DNA of 64,000 nt from positions 13,389,270 through 13,453,269 of the forward strand of contig OZ316892.1 in the NCBI GenBank assembly GCA_973895155.1, read 5' to 3'. Below are positions 61,064 through 64,000 of this stretch, piece after piece. Position 1 is the first letter of the stretch, and the number at the start of each line of letters is the position of its first letter. A program made the position numbers and the translations under genes. Under the pieces are notes generated by a model. That model was not told where the DNA came from. It saw only the letters and a list, made by a program, of their open reading frames with translations, and ran no database searches. The DNA comes from Marsupella aquatica. Lineage: Eukaryota > Plantae > Marchantiophyta.

Positions 61064-64000
61064 ATAAAGTAATGGATCTGGATTTATTATTGTTATTATA
61101 AATGAAGATAGGGGCAGCAACCTGGCTTGCCTCAGACAAGGAGATGTGGATTATGGACAAAATAGCAATATTGAGACTCTTGTTGAGCCTCACGCATTAA
61201 TTACCCCATAAATACTGCCCGATGCCTGTATAGATATATATACAGTATCCAGTTTCTATAATAAATACTAGGAACGATTGAGTGAGGTCAGCAGCTGCCC
61301 TAGACTGGGTGGTAGCAGGGCTGAGTGGGACAATAGAGGTGCAAGGTCTGAAACACCAGCTGGCACCATAGTATTCTTACACTCACCCCACCCAAAAGTG
61401 GGGTACATTCATGCTATTGTGCCTTAAAAAAACTTCAACTTCACGGGCAGCGATTACAGGCACACCGATGTAAGGGAGGCTCTTAATGAGCCTCGATATT
61501 GTTTCTCGTGGTGAGTTTAGATCAGTTAGGTTAGGTGTTGGAGCTCTGCCCTTAGGTCCTATTTTTCATCAAGATGATAGGCTTGAAAATGAGCAAAATG
61601 AGTATGCAATTCTGGAAGGGAAAGCAGAGAAAGAAAATTCCAAAAAAAACATAATGGGGGAGGGGGGCTCTGTAGTCAGTTAACCTCAAACTAGATGGAA
61701 TACCAAAGACTGTATATGGGGGGGGGGGGGGGTCGGGGGGGTGCGGGGCTCAGTTAAATTCAAATTAGATGGATCAACAAAGTAGATATATGGGGGCCTA
61801 AGTTAAATTCAAAATAGATGGAATAACAAAGAATATATCAAGGGGCCCCAATTAGATTCAAACAAGTTTTACTTACTTTGTCACTAAAGATATTCAAATG
61901 ATAATACAGTAATGTTTTCTTTTGTATTCATAAATATGCCTTAGATTCATATAAACATGACAAGGGTTCCACAATGCAACAAAGGTGAAAATATCCTAAA
62001 AGAGGGACATTTTTGTAAATATAATAAAACTATGATAGTATTGTAAAAATTAGAATATCGTTTAGTGGCAAAGTAGTAAGAAGTTGTAGATTCAAAATGG
62101 ATGAAATAGCAAAGAAGGCAATACTCATAGGTTGAAATGAGAATGAAAACAATAACCAAAGAAAAATTGAGCTCAGGAGAGATATGCCATACTGAGTGTC
62201 ACATTTACCCGTTAAACCGCCACTGTCCCTCGCCAAAATGTGGATCCACCACATTGCTTTATATAGGCCTACTTCAGGTCCGGGCATTCCCGACTGTTTC
62301 GGCCCAGGTAGCTTTTTGGACCGGTCAGCTGTCCAGCTGTCCCAGTGACCTTACTTGTATAGAGGGCACGATTTGATGAAGCCTAGGTGGGGCAAGTCCT
62401 CTCGTCCATCCTGCGCTGAGTGGGCGATCCTTTTTCTCCTCCCATGCTGCGCGGTGCGTCCACAGCAGAATCGATCGATCATTTTCTGTCGTGTTTTTGC
62501 GCGACTGTTCACAGCTGCCTCTGTTTCTGGCTATGGTTGTGTCGTCGGTAGGAGCTGCCTCTGTTTCTCTCTATTCATAGCTACTGCCGCCAAAGTCCAA
62601 GCGACTTTATATGAATCGAGCAGATGAAGGCGACTAAGCCCTGATCGAGCTTTTCAACTTCTGTAGGAGCATTAACTAATCTGGCGTTGTTCATTTCGTG
62701 CACACACATGTGCTGGTAATATGATCTGTGAAGTATGCAGTTCATTGTTTTGGCTTTGTAGATCATGTAGAGCGGAGTGACTTCTTATCAGTTCCGGGAT
62801 CGATTTGCCCCAACAGAATGTGAAGCGGAGTGACTTCTTATCAGTTCAGGGATCAATTTGCCCCAACAGAATGTGAAATCCTTGTTGGCTGGAGCGCATT
62901 TCAAGTTTGTGTTGATTTTCCTATTAGCTCCCACAATATTTCAAAGTAGTGCTCTCTGAGGAAATCACACTTGCTGCTATCATGCTCAAGGCAGTCAAAG
63001 GAAGTGAAGCAGGAATTGAAAAGGAATGACCAATTGAAGAATTATATATTGCCTTCAAACGATCGCAAGTTAATTACATCACAAAGCTCTGTTCTAAATT
63101 TTCAAATATGCTTCCAACATAAGCCAAATAGAAACCTCCATTCACCACGTCTAAGTGAATCGACATCCTTCATGGTAAAAAATGTTTCGCAATCCCTATG
63201 CTGAGCACAAGAGTCGATTGGAATCCTTTTCTTGTAAGTCATCACAGATAAATGAATTACAGTACATATTCAAACGCCGATGTATCAAAATCCCAATTGG
63301 AATGTGACACTGTGATTGACTTTGACGTTCATAGACATGGCATTGTTCTTACCAGACACTGTAGAATTTAAACGGAAAGAGTGACACTACCGATAGACTA
63401 AAGTGAAATTGATAGAAATTATGGAACTTCTCAATCGTCAACTTCCTGATGTCCCCAAGTAGTATAGCAATGCTGCAAAAGAGTCTCTGGCACATTAGAG
63501 GTGAGGAAGAGCAACAGCCAATGTGAAGTGGAAGGCACAAGAGCTTCAGCTCTAGTGAACTCCGATCCTCTTTATAATGAGAACATGTCATTCTCCCATT
63601 CTACGAGAACTACTCGGCCACTCCTTGCAAGGGTCTTTTGCATACGTCTGGACGAGTGCATCACCAAATCGGGAATGCTAGGAATCAATCTGAGGCCATT
63701 CACTCTCAATTACTTGGCCTCCCATCCCGGCGCCCATCCAATGAAGCTCACTTACATTGCGCTACTATGGCCAGTGATGCTCACTTACTGGTGCTCATTA
63801 TAGAATGCCTCGCCCATGCCTGCCGTGGCCCATGCCTGCTGTGAACGGCCGTTCACAGCTCACACAGGCTGTGTATGTATATAAACTAGCTCCGACTACC
63901 CGTTCTTTGAACATCAATAGCGATGAGGACCAAAAATTGCTTGAGACAAAATAGATTTGAGAAATTAATAAGAATAGTGTATCAAAAGACATAGGGAAAC

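Noticed and set aside
62380-63990. Possible gene start and coding exon near the window end
   Set aside because: UTR- and intron-like sequence is present, but no frame gives a recognisable protein.

Overview
Eukaryotic, intron-containing land-plant DNA. The genes and transposon types suggest a non-seed plant, probably a bryophyte, but that is inference. Host genes: a 10-exon plastid protoporphyrinogen oxidase (37377-41873, -), a 3-exon WOX homeobox gene (54902-57258, +) and a small Gly/His/Pro-rich ORF (6234-6479, -). Positions ~8.5-33.4 kb form a four-tier nest of transposons. Its centre is a degenerate 21-kb Ty3/Gypsy LTR retrotransposon (10121-31328). Its polyprotein carries a DNMT3/DRM-type cytosine-5 methyltransferase between protease and RT, and a PHD finger at the integrase C-terminus. 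It appears to have a self-priming PBS and a circularly permuted LTR layout suggesting integration of a 2-LTR circle. Nested inside it are a Kolobok-like DNA transposon with three tandem KolX/P2X7-ballast-like genes, a ~250-bp MITE that splits the methyltransferase, and a 3.8-kb TG...CA unit containing an ~815-codon ORF that splits the integrase. Elsewhere: an intronless GATA-finger ORF between tandem repeats, MITEs, a solo Copia LTR, Helitron and LINE remnants, and long hairpins. All family assignments come from reading motifs by eye, not from database searches.
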